Below are positions 38,536 to 51,410 of a stretch of DNA of 64,000 nt, piece after piece. The DNA comes from Octopus vulgaris. Taxonomy: Eukaryota. The DNA lies in the NCBI GenBank assembly GCA_951406725.2, contig OX597819.1:82460001-82524000 (forward strand), given 5' to 3'. The notes beneath the pieces are model-generated. The model had not been told where the DNA came from and made no database searches. It saw only the letters and a program-made list of their open reading frames with translations. Position numbers and translations under genes: made by a program. The stretch's first letter is position 1. Each line of letters starts with the position of its first letter.

Positions 38536-38751
38536 ATCCATGTGATACTCATTTTTGTGCATTTGGGGCTGAATGCCATGTTAACAATACTATCATGAAG
38601 CCATACTGCAGATGTATTGAGAAGTGCGATTACATCTTTTCCCCTGTGTGTGGTAGTGACCTGGTCTCTTATACCAATGAATGCAACTTGAAAAGAGAAA
38701 GTTGTTTGAAAAAGAAAAGGATTAAAGTCTTAATTGCTCAACAATGTGGAG
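38536..38751 (+). CDS. Internal exon encoding a follistatin-N + Kazal domain (agrin-like extracellular protein)
   Basis: Acceptor TTTCTTTTCCAG|AT and donor GGAG|GTAAAG; 216 nt, phase 1-1. Translation (D)PCDTHFCAFGAECHVNNTIMKPYCRCIEKCDYIFSPVCGSDLVSYTNECNLKRESCLKKKRIKVLIAQQCG has the 10-Cys follistatin pattern with PVCGSD..SY.NEC. The exact ortholog cannot be determined from one exon. Confidence 0.93.
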
Positions 38752-38814
38752 GTAAAGCTCTTTGCTTTTGTATTATTGAAAATAGATGTAATATATATAT
38801 GTATAGTGTCTTTG

Positions 38815-39220
38815 ATCTTTGTTTTGTCTTTTATGCTTTTTACTTAACTGTAACCATTCTGGGACAATGCCTTCAAGTATTTAATCAATCTAATCATCCC
38901 TAAAACTTACTTTCTTTTTTTAGGTCTTGTCCTTATTCTATCAATCCCTTTTGCCAAGCCACAAAATTACAGGGACATTAATAAGCCAATTGTCAAGAGG
39001 TGGTTTGAGACATACGCAAATGCACATGCATCACATATACATGCATGCACACACACACACAACAGGCTTCCATAAAGTTTCCATTTGACTAATTCACTCA
39101 CAAGACATTGGTTAGTCAGGGAGTTATTGTAAAAGACACTTTCCCAAGGTCCAAGCAGTGAGGTTGAACCCAAAACCATGTGATTGCAAAATGAGCTTCT
39201 TAACCACACAGCCATGCCTG
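38815..39220 (-). mobile_element. Degenerate family A SINE
   Basis: Head AACCACACAGCCATGCCTG at the right end, CA linker, tail next to the exon donor. Confidence 0.8.
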
Positions 39221-39555
39221 ATGTGTAATTGCTTCAAATTTCTCTTCATGTAACATTGGATTTGGTTCTTTTTCATTATTATGCTCATATTTCAAAATGA
39301 TACAATATGAATAAAAAGACTTGTGAATTTGTATATCTATATCACACTTTATTTTAAATTTCTGTTTAACGTTCTCAAATGTTGTATTACTTTTAGTAGA
39401 CATTTTTTATAATAGCACATTGCCAATGCTTACCATCCTCATGATTTTGTTATTATTTACTTAATTCACAACCACATGTATTGTATATTCAATGAAGGTA
39501 GAACAGTCCAATTTTCTTCAAAAGTCTGTATTGCATGGTCATTTGTTCATAATTT

Positions 39556-39855
39556 CAAAATGAATATCCCATAAATTATAATCTGAAATGACATTCTATG
39601 TTTACTTAATTATATCAGTAAGGCTGGTAGTAAAAATGGCATTGAAATACGGGATAACAAAGAAAATATTCCTTGTATTTCAAAACTTAAATCAATTATT
39701 ATCAACATCAAAATAAACACCCCCATAAATTATAGTCTGAAATGACAGTCCATATATATTTAGTCGTGTCAATAGGGCTAACTGTAGATATGACATTGAA
39801 ATGCTGGAGAATAATGAAAATGCCCCTTGTATTTAAAAAGTTAAGTCAATTATTA
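39556..39855. repeat. Diverged two-copy tandem duplication, ~152-bp unit
   Basis: CCCATAAATTATA.TCTGAAATGACA and CCTTGTATTT.AAAA.TTAA.TCAATTATTA each recur at ~152-bp spacing. Confidence 0.85.
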
Positions 39856-41068
39856 GTATTTTCAAAATTGTAGAGAAATAGAATTTTGTATGTTGATTGA
39901 AACTTATCAAAACAAAAATTTTACCAATTATTGAAGAACGTAGAATGTTTTTGAATAGCTATATTCTATTCAGTTGTTTTGCTTGTACTGAGATGTTTTA
40001 TAGATATATAAATAAAATAACTTGAATAAAAATAGATAAATTAATTTCAAAAATCTGAAGATGTCACAAAAATAATTTTTATGTTGTATATCAGCTGTAT
40101 ATTCTATTCTGTTCAGCCACTCAGTGAAAATGTGTTTTGTGATAAGCTAAAGTTGTTATTGTTATTGCAATTTTTAGATTTTAATTTGGTCTTTTTCTTT
40201 TGAAAATATATTTCAGTTTTTGTTTTATATTTTGCTTTAAAATATAGTTTGAATGATTGGCATTTATCTTTAGCAAGCCTCTTTAATAAGGAAAATTTAA
40301 AAAGCTAGATATTTGAAATAATTAATCTTGTAAGTTTTCAACACTAGAAGAAGCTTATAGGTGATAAGTTCTTTACACATAGAAAGAATTGGTAAATTGT
40401 ATGATATATATTAATTACTGTGAGAGAATGTTTTTTTTTTGTATGGTTTAGCACTCACTGCTAAGACCATGCTGGAGCACCACCAGTTAATTAAATATCT
40501 AGAACTCTATCTAAAATATATAAATCACCAAGTCGAGACTTATGCATTAATACAATGAAATCAAAGAAATTGCTATTTTTGAAATTTTAAACATGCTTTC
40601 TTTTAATTTCGAATGTTTCTTAATTATATTGTTAATTTCATAATTCAGTCAGTAAATTCAAATGTTTTCAAACTATATAAATAATTACTTGTGAGTTTAC
40701 CGTAAATTTCTCTTTCAATTTTTCACTTCTTTGTGTGTCAACTCTAAAAATCTAATCTTGGATTGCATTAAAAATAAAGCCCTGTTGGGAGTCCTTAGAG
40801 AAATAATAAACATTTAATTGAAACATGAAAACAGGCAAAGATCTATTATTTTTTTGAATGTTACTAGAATAAAGAATGCTGATTTTAACACTTCATATTT
40901 TCAAATAGCAACTGAAAGAAATAGGAATGTCCCACAAACTTTTGTTATATTTGGATAGGAAAATAAAGCACCCTTCTTATTTTCTTTTATAAATTTACTA
41001 ACCAGTCAAAATTTTATTTAAAATTCAAATAATTTTCTTCCACACCAATCTTTGAAATTCTATTACTA

Positions 41069-41971
41069 TTAGGTTGTCAAGAAAGTTTTTGCAGTTTTTA
41101 ACCTTTAAATTCAGATGCACATATCTTGGCTTTAACAAAACTTTCTTAATTGAAATAAACACCATCAGAATCATCACACTTTTGCCAATGCGAAGCAAGT
41201 TTATTTATGCCAGTAGCATAAAAATCCTGCATTCTGGTGGCGATTAAGTTGTTGAAGGTGTGTTTGGCATCGTCTTGGTTTTTAAGCATTTCTCATGCAG
41301 GAAGTTCTTGAGATGCATGTAAAAGTGGTAGTCGGTAGGTGAGAGGTCTGGTGAGTATGGCAGATGAGACAGAGTTTCATAGCCCAATTCATTCAACTTA
41401 TGCTGGGTCAGTTGGCTGTTGTTCAATTCGTGCAGCACTCATTTCTCATGCATTTTTGTATTTTTCAATCTCTTTCAAGTGGTTGGAAATTGTCATATAC
41501 ATTACGTCTAATTCAGAAGCAAGCTCTCGAACAGCTGTGCGTGGATTGGCTTTGACTAAGGCTCTTAGCTGATTGTTGTCAACATCCAATGGCTGACCAC
41601 TATGCTTATCATCTTCAAGATTCTATTCACAGCTACGAAATTTCTTGAACCACCATTGTGCTGTATGTTCATTAGTGGTTCCTGTGCCAAATGCATCATT
41701 GATATCGCGAGCTGTTTCAGCAGCTTTTTGGCCTAGCTTGAACGGGAATAAGAAAATTGTGCGAATTTGCGTTTTGTCCATGTTGTATTCAACGTTCTGG
41801 AAAAAATGGCCTAATTATTCAAAAAGAAAAAGAGTAACACGATTAAATAGAGCAAAAATATGGGCTTTAAAATGATATATAAAGCAAAAGTAATTTCACG
41901 AAAATTAATTTGAAAATACATTGTTTAAAACCAAAATTTAAAATTTCGCAAGAACTTTCTTGACAACCTAA
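41069..41971 (-). mobile_element. Internally deleted mariner element with intact TIRs
   Basis: TA|TTAGGTTGTCAAGAAAGTTTTTGC ... GCAAGAACTTTCTTGACAACCTAA|TA. YSPDLSPTDY motif is present and the LHELN motif is fused almost directly to the C-terminal part. Confidence 0.93.
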
Positions 41972-42355
41972 TAATATCAACTTTGATGGTTTGGTCTTAA
42001 GTATCTTCAAAGTCATAAATGATGGAAAATTGAATGTAATTTAATCAGTATCAAATCTAAAGTTGCGTGGGTGTCCGTTTTTCATCAATATAAAGATATG
42101 ATTTATAATTTATTGCATTCTTTGTTGAAATTCTGTATCTCTGTGTCAAAACCAGCTTTGTACAAGACATAGAAAATTGTTTTTGTTACTAAAATGATAA
42201 AAGGTTTAAGTAATATGACAACCAGTTGACAAAGTGTTGCTATTTTCTCTGCAAACAAAATAACTGTGAAAGCTGTTTTCTATATTTTACTAATTAAGCT
42301 TTACCATAGACAGTCAAGATTCAAAATGGATTCCAGTAGGAAATTATATCGTTTA

Positions 42356-42745
42356 ATTGCTTACTTATTTCATTGATTGAACTGCAGTCATGCTAGGGTA
42401 TTGCTTGAAGAAGGTCTTTGGTTTTAGTCACACAGATTAATCTCAGTATCTATTTTTCTCTAATATGGTACCTATTCTATCAGTCTTTTACTGAACTACT
42501 AAGTTACAAGGTTATAAATAAACCAACACCAGTTGCTAAGCAGAGTTTAGGGAGAGGGGCAAATATAGACAGAAAGACACACACAACACACACACACACA
42601 CATGCACAATGGGCTTCACTACAGTTTCCATCGACCAAATAGACTCACAAAGCATTGGTCAGCCTGGGGCTATAGCAGAAGGCACTTAGCCAAGGTAGTG
42701 TGCAGTGGAACTGAACCTAAAACCCCATAATTGTGAAGTGAATCT
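42356..42745 (-). mobile_element. Degenerate family A SINE
   Basis: Tail, CA linker and head motifs on the minus strand. Confidence 0.8.
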
Positions 42746-42881
42746 CTATTTCCATATGATTTTTCAGAACCTTATATATATTTAGTTCTACTACTCTTGC
42801 AATTATTCATTCCTCTTTGAAGAACTTTACCACAATTCTTTATCAGATTAAAATTCTGTTAATAAGGTAAAATAGAATTAT

Positions 42882-43165
42882 GATATTCTGTTGTGTCTGG
42901 GGAGAGTCATTTTCTTTTTGTGCCTTATAATGTAACACACTCACCAGTAAAATTTCCACTTATTTCTTATTTTTATTTTCCTAAAATTTTCTCTGTGTCT
43001 TGCAACCTTTTCAATGGTCTTGACAATAAGAAATAAGTGGAAATTTTACCAGTTAGTGTGTTACATTATAAGGCACAAAAAGGAAATGACTCTCCCCAGA
43101 CACAACAGAATATGCTTCAACACACGAACTCACATAAAGAATCTTGCAAACCAAATCCAAAAACG
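42882..43165. mobile_element. Fold-back element with 89-bp inverted arms (42883-42971 / 43025-43113)
   Basis: Arms are near-identical reverse complements; AGAATTAT direct repeat at 42874-42881 and 43166-43173. Confidence 0.75.
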
Positions 43166-43769
43166 AGAATTATTATAGTCATTCATTTATAAGGAAGACA
43201 TATTAAAATGACAGTGGTGAACTTGACCGCAGAAACTCGCTTTTCAGAATCCTTCAAGAACAATAAGATAATTCAAAATCTTCAACAGTTTTGCGTACAT
43301 TTACAGTTTATATTCATTTTAGAATGCTTTCTCACTACTATTAATTAGTCTAAACAGATTACCAATGAAAGAGTACATCTAAAGTATAATTAAAAACAAT
43401 TATTCAACAAAAGAATCAATATAGCCTTTATATTCTTCTTTTATTTACTAATCATCTCCTAAAATAGTTTTAAATGTATATTTAGTGCCAGTAACATTTA
43501 TGAAGGAAGAAACAGTAAATCATGGTTATAAAATATGCAACATTCTGGAAATAGAGATCAAAAAATTATTTTCTCATTTCAGTTCTTTTTCATTATTGGT
43601 TCAGAATACTATTTTCTAAACCACTACTTATATTTATATATTTATCTATTTGTCTAAATGGGTTAGTGTCCTGAAAATATTTATCTTAAGCAGTTGAGGA
43701 GTTGACACCATTTTTGTTATATATTTTTAATATTTGACAGCCCTTTTTTTTTTTTTTGTTATTCTTTGG

Positions 43770-44222
43770 TTGACTCAGTTTGAAAACTCTGTCATGCAAT
43801 CTTTTCCTTTAGTATTTTAACCATATGTCCATAAGTACCAGAGCTGTGACCTCTCAATGTGGAGAAGTAGTGGCTCGACCTAGAGAGACTCCCTGATCTC
43901 TGAGATGTACATGCTATCAAATAATATTACTCGAGAGATCTTTGGAAAAAAACCCATTTTGATATATTGTGTTCATGATCATATTCTTTCAGTCATTTCT
44001 CAAATAAATGAGATCATGAATACAAATAAGAGACCTAGGAGTAGACCAAGAGTATGATGTTTAGATAATATCCATAGTTCCAGTTGGACATACTTTGGAA
44101 TCCAGCAGGAAAGTTTGATGGCAGTTGTTTCTGATAGGACACTATAGAAGAGGGTCCTGAGGATTGTGTCCCCATGACCTTTCCAAGAATAGCAGATGGA
44201 GAAGATGAATGGTTGAATGGAT
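43770..44222. mobile_element. RTE (Rex3/Expander-like) LINE 3' end with inverted 5' segment
   Basis: Minus 43996-43770 reads MTERI..IRESL*VEPLLLHIERSQL..GHMV. Plus 44022 onward reads TNKRPRSRPR..LDNI..W..FGI..LRIVSP*P, followed by a GAATGG/GGAT-type tail. Confidence 0.8.
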
Positions 44223-44976
44223 CATCGTCATCTATGTGTATTCCACCTGCACGATATTGATTTTCTTGAGAATCCCAATTCCTTCATTTCTGTAAATTCC
44301 ATTCCTGTCAAACAATGAGGAACATTGTCTTCAATAATATCTTGAGGGCTTTCGTAGGTATATTGAAATGCATGTAATTACAAGAGCTTTTGTCTCATGG
44401 TATATAACAGGTACACTCATATTTGTGCACTATTTATTTTTTAGAAGATATTTTTACATTTAGCTGTATCTATATGACTTTTTTTTGTGGTGGCACATGA
44501 TGACATGACAAACAGTTGAGAAACCTTTTTTGATGTTGCCTAGACTATCTGCATCTGAATATCACTATGCCCAATGCAGGAACAGAGATCTCATTCGTGT
44601 TTTGTAAGCACAATAAAGAGAAAATATCTAGTTAAGCACTTTCACAGTGAGGAGAAAATTTCCAATTAATGAATATTATTTTAATATGATTTTGGCCAGT
44701 GTAACAAAAAATTTGGACATTTTCCATCTTATTAAACTTCCTCAGAAAAGCATAGCTTTCTCTGTGCTTGCTTATTTTATGACAAGGAAATTACTATACT
44801 GATGCATCATAATACATACTTGTAAGTATAGAAATTGATCATAATGACTGAAGGAATTAGCCAGAGATGCCATCTATAAGTAAACTAACAGTTTAGTTAA
44901 TACCACCATGCTCAATGTAGAAAAAGAAAATAAACCTTAAATAATAATAATAATAATATTTATAACAACAACAATA

Positions 44977-45524
44977 AATGCCCCGGTGCAGTAGCTTCCA
45001 TGGTTTCTGATCTTAACTGATTGGAAGTGTTATCATGTACATTGTTTTGTTTCAGTATAAAAGATGGGCTACAGCAAATATTCTGCTCAATACCACAGAT
45101 TTGCTTGTCAGTTGTTTGACCGTAACCAGTTGAGCATGTCTCTTAATGGCTGATGACATGAGCATCCCTGATCATGAGCAGAAGTAGTGAGGGAGCACCA
45201 TAGCCATGTGTTGAAAGGAATTCTTTGGGGTTTGGATAACTCACCTTTGGAAACGTGGGTGTTTTGTTCAGCATCCTTAAACAACCCTTATTCAGGGACC
45301 TTTTGAGCAGGAGAGGCTACTCAACCTGAAGAAAATTCTAGCTGGGCCCCCACCTGCAAGGTCATGCACTGTTTATCTTGATATGAGATCATTATGTTGC
45401 ACACATATGGTTGTGGTACATGTGCCTGGTGTACCCTTATCAGACAGGTAGTCATGATGGGTGTATTGGGCTTCGTATATTTTACCCTACTATCACTTTG
45501 ATGGCATGCACTGCCCTGTCACTC
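44977..45524. mobile_element. Interspersed repeat embedded in (AAT)n/(AAC)n tracts
   Basis: GC-elevated block sharply bounded by AAT/AAC microsatellite on both sides; recognised from memory as a common octopus repeat; class uncertain. Confidence 0.55.
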
Positions 45525-48500
45525 AATAATAATTACAACAACAACATACATTTTTTTTATTTGCCACTAGGACAATGGATGAGTGAGAATGATACAAAAA
45601 TACTTATAAAGACATTTCCATAGTATGGAATGATTCTGAAAAAAGAATATATGGTATACAGTATTTACAAAAAGTACTGAATGCAAGTATATAAGGTAAA
45701 AAAATGATGATAGTGATGATGATGAAATGATCTTCCTGATACAAGAGGAGTTCTAGGAGTGATTAAAGAATCCCACTGTACAAAATCACCCTGAATGCTA
45801 AGAGAAAGTTTCCTCAATAAGTTTGCTATGTAACTTACATGATTATATTTAGAGTGGTGCTATCCACATTTTTGTCACTTTCACCCACATTTCAGTAAAA
45901 TAACTCAAGGACAGCACATCCCTATCCACCCTCACTTTCCTTTGCGAGTGACAATTGAACAGTCAGCGAGGACTCTACCATACAGAAATGTCTCTGCTCT
46001 CATGACTTTTAGCTTCATCCGTGACACTATCTCTTTCACTATAGCCACCAAATAAAAACTGTCTCCCCACCCAGTTACAGGAGGGCAACAGGGCAATCAT
46101 CAGTATGAACTTGGCTGATAATCAGACCCATTCCACACAAACATTATAGCAGCTGTTCAACATAACTCCACAAGTCATTAGTTTCTTTAGAAATTTATTC
46201 AATGTGACACTCTTTGAAATTTATGGCTGAAATCTTTTAAGTCAGAATAATATACATATAACACATAATTATAATATGTTACAGTAATGCAAAACTTCTG
46301 CTTTTATCTGTTTTATTGAAAACTAACTGAGATTCTAGATTTCTTGATGCATTGTCTTGTCACAGTTTTATCATTCTCCTTAGCACAGAAAACATCTACT
46401 CTCTACTTAAGTTTAAAATAACTTTCTGATTAATATGGCTTGACTTACATTTTGTGAAAATTTTAAAGTAACTTCTAAATCATGAACTTTATATATAATT
46501 CAAATCTATTAAAATCAATTTCTATAAATTGTAAAGCATATTTTAAAAAATCATATTAATGGAAGCTTTGTTGATGAGACACTATTATGTCTTTAAATAC
46601 TGGCAATATTTTATTTCCATATATGTTAGAAAATGGAAATAATGAACAGAGGTGGCATAGATTACTGGGAACACTTTAGTTTTGTTGGAGATAAATTCTC
46701 TAGTGCCAGCACCTAGTCCAAACTGCAAAATGATTGAGGAAAGAAAGGGTTATAACCTGTAGAAACCCACACCATAAAAAAGAAAGAGTAGATGGGGAAT
46801 ATATGGTTTTTGTAAGCCCAAGGATGGGTAACCTATTTAGTAGAGCAGTAACTCAAAATAAAAACACTAACACAGTGTTGAAAGGACTCTTTAGTTCTAT
46901 CGCAGTCGTTCCTCTCTGGTGCTGTTAACTTATTAAGATATACCCAGTTCATGCTCCAAAGTGACTGGCAATAGGAAAGGCTTCTGGTCAATAAACCTAT
47001 ATTCAATACATGATATATATACACAACAACAAATGGTCAGTTTTCTCTGTTGTTGGGAATGTATGGTAAAAAACGACCAAGAAGGTCAATCCATAACATG
47101 CTAACATGGGTAGATGTAAAGTAAAATGCTGATGTTGGTGGTGGTGGCAACAATGGCAATGGCCCTGTCATCATCATCATTATCAAATTCCATGCTGACA
47201 TGGTTTGGATGGTTTACATCATGCTCCATTTTCTGCTATGGAATGGTTTCTGCAGCTGAGTGTCCTTCCTCACACAAACCAATTTACTGTGTGTACTGGG
47301 TGCATTTCTTTCATGCCACCGGCACTACTGAGCCTGTCAAGCACTTTGCTTGACTATGAAACCTGAGGATTGATAGGTAGCAACTTTATGTGAAAGGATG
47401 AAATACAGAAGATTGGTAAAAGTATGTGAGAAGGTGCTTAAAAATTATGTGAATGGTAAAGACATATGAGAACATACATAATTACATGTAAATTATATTA
47501 CATATCATAAATGCCAATGTAAGCGAGAAAAAAGAAGCAGGCCCACTGAAGCCAGCATGCAGTGTACTTATAATAGTAATATTATTTAAAAATCTAACAT
47601 TTTATATATAATTATTGTATCTTCCCTTTTTACTTCCTACTCTTGAATCTAAATCAAAATGGTTTCTCATTTTAATCTACACTGATCATGAAATAAATAC
47701 AAGTAGCATACTGGGGGCAAGTTGATAGCTTATAACTATTACAAGAAACCTATGAACCTAAGACAAAAATTTTTAAATAATTAAACCACCTTAAAGAAAG
47801 AAAACTAAATATTTAATTTATAATTTAAAAACCTAAATAATCAATGAGAAGTTGTTTTTATTAATTATATAGCTGAACATTTTTGGCACATCAGAACGAT
47901 GTTTCAAATTTATTGCACTCTCTCAAAATTTATTTTTAATTAGTTTTTGATGAATAATTAATTTCAGCTGATAATTTGTAATTAGTTCCTGTGTTGTATG
48001 TATTCTTTGTGAGACACTCTCTACATCATTCTTAACTTATGTAAAAGTGTTTTCTTGCTGATAAGTGGTGAAATATCCAAGGCTGGTGCTATGCACTAGG
48101 AAAACCAGATGATTACCTAAAGCACTTAAATCTCTAGCTACCATATAATTTCTGAAGTACTTGGACCAAATTTCCAATATTTTGTGACAGCATGTTTGGA
48201 TGGGAAATATTATTTTGCTAGGAATCAGGTAAGTGCTGGTGACAGGAAGGGCATTTGGCTATAAAAACAGATATGTTGCATTTAAATTTGTTTACACTTG
48301 CATATATCAGACTAAGTTAAATATTATCTTTTAATCACGACAGAATAATCTTTACCTATACTTTGACTAAACTCCTTTTAACATTTTGAGGTTATGACAT
48401 TCAAGGATATTTCCATGCATTTCCTAGTAATTTCTTTACACATTAAAAAACATTTGTGGTGGGAATGGGTACTAGAATTTGTGGTTTGTTTTTTATACTT

Positions 48501-50120
48501 ATCACATTCATAATTTAGAAAATCAGAAGTATACCTATGGACAGCATTTGATTGATTTGCTTCACTGTGGAATTGATTTGGATACTCTTACCATTTCCAT
48601 GGTATTTAAGCTTATCTTTAGTTATTCTAATGAAATGAATGATTTTTCCTTTGAGTTGAAAATATTGTTATGAACAAAACATCTTTCCAATGAGAAAAAA
48701 GACAGATACACAGAAAATTGCATTCTTAATCCTCACTGGAATATACACATTCTTTTTTTGTGTGTATTTAAAATGATGATGATGATGACAGAAATGGTGG
48801 TGGTGGTGATGAAGATAACAGTGACTATGACAATGATGCTGATGGCGATGATGAAGAGGAGGAGGTCTTACTTAGGTATCCTATTTAAAGCTTCTGAAGT
48901 TCAGATTATCCTTTGCAATTTCTTATGTAGTTTTATTTGGTTTGGCAGTAATTATGCTGAAAAATGCATGAGTTCAAACCTTAGACAAGACAAATACATG
49001 TACAGTTATACATGCTGCAGTCATCCCAGCTGAAATTAGGTTCCATTCTTACTTTGTAGTTGAATGGCTTGCATTAGGAAGGTATTTAGACTGAATTGTA
49101 TGAGTTGCTTTCAAAGCAGTAGTTAATCAAAATAGTGAAACTAATCATAACTCCCAAAGAAACACGACATAAAAGCTGTGGTTGAAACTATGATTAGTAT
49201 TTTATTATAATTTGAAAATGTCAATTCATATCTGTGAGTTTGTGTTGCTGACAAAATTATGTCTATTTGAGAGAGAGAGAATTTTCTTGTTTTCACTACT
49301 ACTATTTCTCAATCTGTTAACTATGTCCATACTGCCTCTTCACTGGCTATAGCTATTCCTCCAGTCTAGGTTTCTGTGTCTGTTTGTATCTTCTCTTCAC
49401 TATCATGATTCTTATTTGAAATCAGATTTGATGCACTTCCTATTAGCCAATACAATCTTATCAGACCTTTCTATAATATATATTGATCACTATGTTATCT
49501 TTATGACCGCAATAATTTATGAGCACATCTGGAAAATTACCATCTGAATGCAGACAAGTATTATCCTGATGGCTAAACTTTACTCAACCATTTTTATCCC
49601 AGTAGACTTACATTTCTGGAAAAACATTTGATCCAACAATTCAGAAGAATTTAGTCCATATCAGCATAAGATAGCATCAAAAAAGAAACCAAATTACATG
49701 AATATAAATAAATTAAGAATGTAGTATATTATATGGAATTCTAACAAATATATACCTATTCCTAAGAAGATATGTACAAATTGCTTTTGACATCTAAGAA
49801 ATTGTAATTGGGCATAAATGTCTGTTATGAAGATCAAGATAAAATGTAATTAGTAGTGCAAGAGATGATTATACTTTGTCTTGTCCATCATGAGATAATA
49901 GTTTTCCTTGATTACATCGACCTGCTTATGATAACTAATTAGTCATGTATGAGGATGTTTTGTGAGTGGAATGAATATATGATACTGTGCTTATTATGGT
50001 TTCATTGATATTAAAATTACTAGTTGATAAGTCAACTGAGAATATTAAAATATTGCTTTTAACAGCAATTATTGAAGAGAAAAGGCTAGAAATTTATATT
50101 AAGGATAATACTATTTTGTA

Positions 50121-50151
<31 letters not shown>

Positions 50152-50386
50152 ATAGAGAGATTAGCATATCGTTTGTGTTTGAATTCTGATTAGAAAACAT
50201 TCTGATCCTTTGTTGGTAGGAAACTTTTGGAACCTGGAAAATAACAAAAATTTCTATTAAAAAGAATTGCTCATTCAGCTTCCTGGTGTTGAGTACTTAT
50301 TCACCCAATTAGTTACAAATGAACACATACATATGCATATACATACATACATCTGTACATTCATTCACACATACATGCATACATAA

Positions 50387-50425
<39 letters not shown>

Positions 50426-51410
50426 TACTCACAAAAACATGTACACACACATATATATGTTTACATATTAAAATATTCTACCAATGTACATTCTACTAAA
50501 ATTCAGTCAGCTATATTTTCTCACATTTTTTCTCATATTCTTGTAGATACATAGAAGTGATGTTAGATATATTCTATTCATCTTCCATTAATTACATATA
50601 TAGCAATACAGGTGAATACCCAACAAAGGAACTTGTCTAATAACTGAAACATTAAAGTTGCACTAGTATTTCACAGTGTCATTAGTTCCAGTGCAGTCAG
50701 TGTATCTCATAATTCATAGTTTGGATTCCATACTGAAATCTTGTCTTGGTACAGATTCAGTAAAAGATAGAGAAAATTAACATAGAAGACAAGACCACAA
50801 TTTGGTGCAATTTGGTTTATAGTTTTATTTGTTAAATTTGGTTTTGGAATCACTCAAAGTCTTATATAATATGAAAAAATATATTTACTACATTTAGTTG
50901 TTATTTTTGTTGTATCCAATCAAACTTGACTGAGTGAGTCAATGATCAAAGACTTTTCAGTTATGGTTGTAGCAGCTTCGTTAGACATTGAATTCTTACC
51001 ACTTCTTTTTTAAGATGGTGCAGTGTGGTATGAAGATTTGATTTCTGTATCTAGTGGGTTCAACGACCACTAAGAGATTCTCTCATTCTTGTATGCCAAA
51101 ACCTCTTTAAAATATCAACACACATATTGATTAATGTTCTACCTGTCTTACGGACAAAGCCAATGATCTTAGCAGTCTTAAGTACTACTTCTTCATCTAA
51201 CCATAGCTTTAAGCACTGTCAAGGAACTTTACAAATTATGAGATAATGTATACATATATATGCATAAGTAAACACTGCTTCCTACTCACTCACTCACTCT
51301 CCCACTCATTTACACACACACACACACACAAGACAGGTGTATTTATGTATTGCTATTTGTTACATTGAATTAACCAACGGAATATCATTTTGCTTCACCA
51401 TATCTAACCT

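Noticed and set aside
38752-38903. C-terminal extension of the 102-aa Kazal ORF
   Set aside because: Read-through past the GTAAAG donor into intron and SINE sequence.
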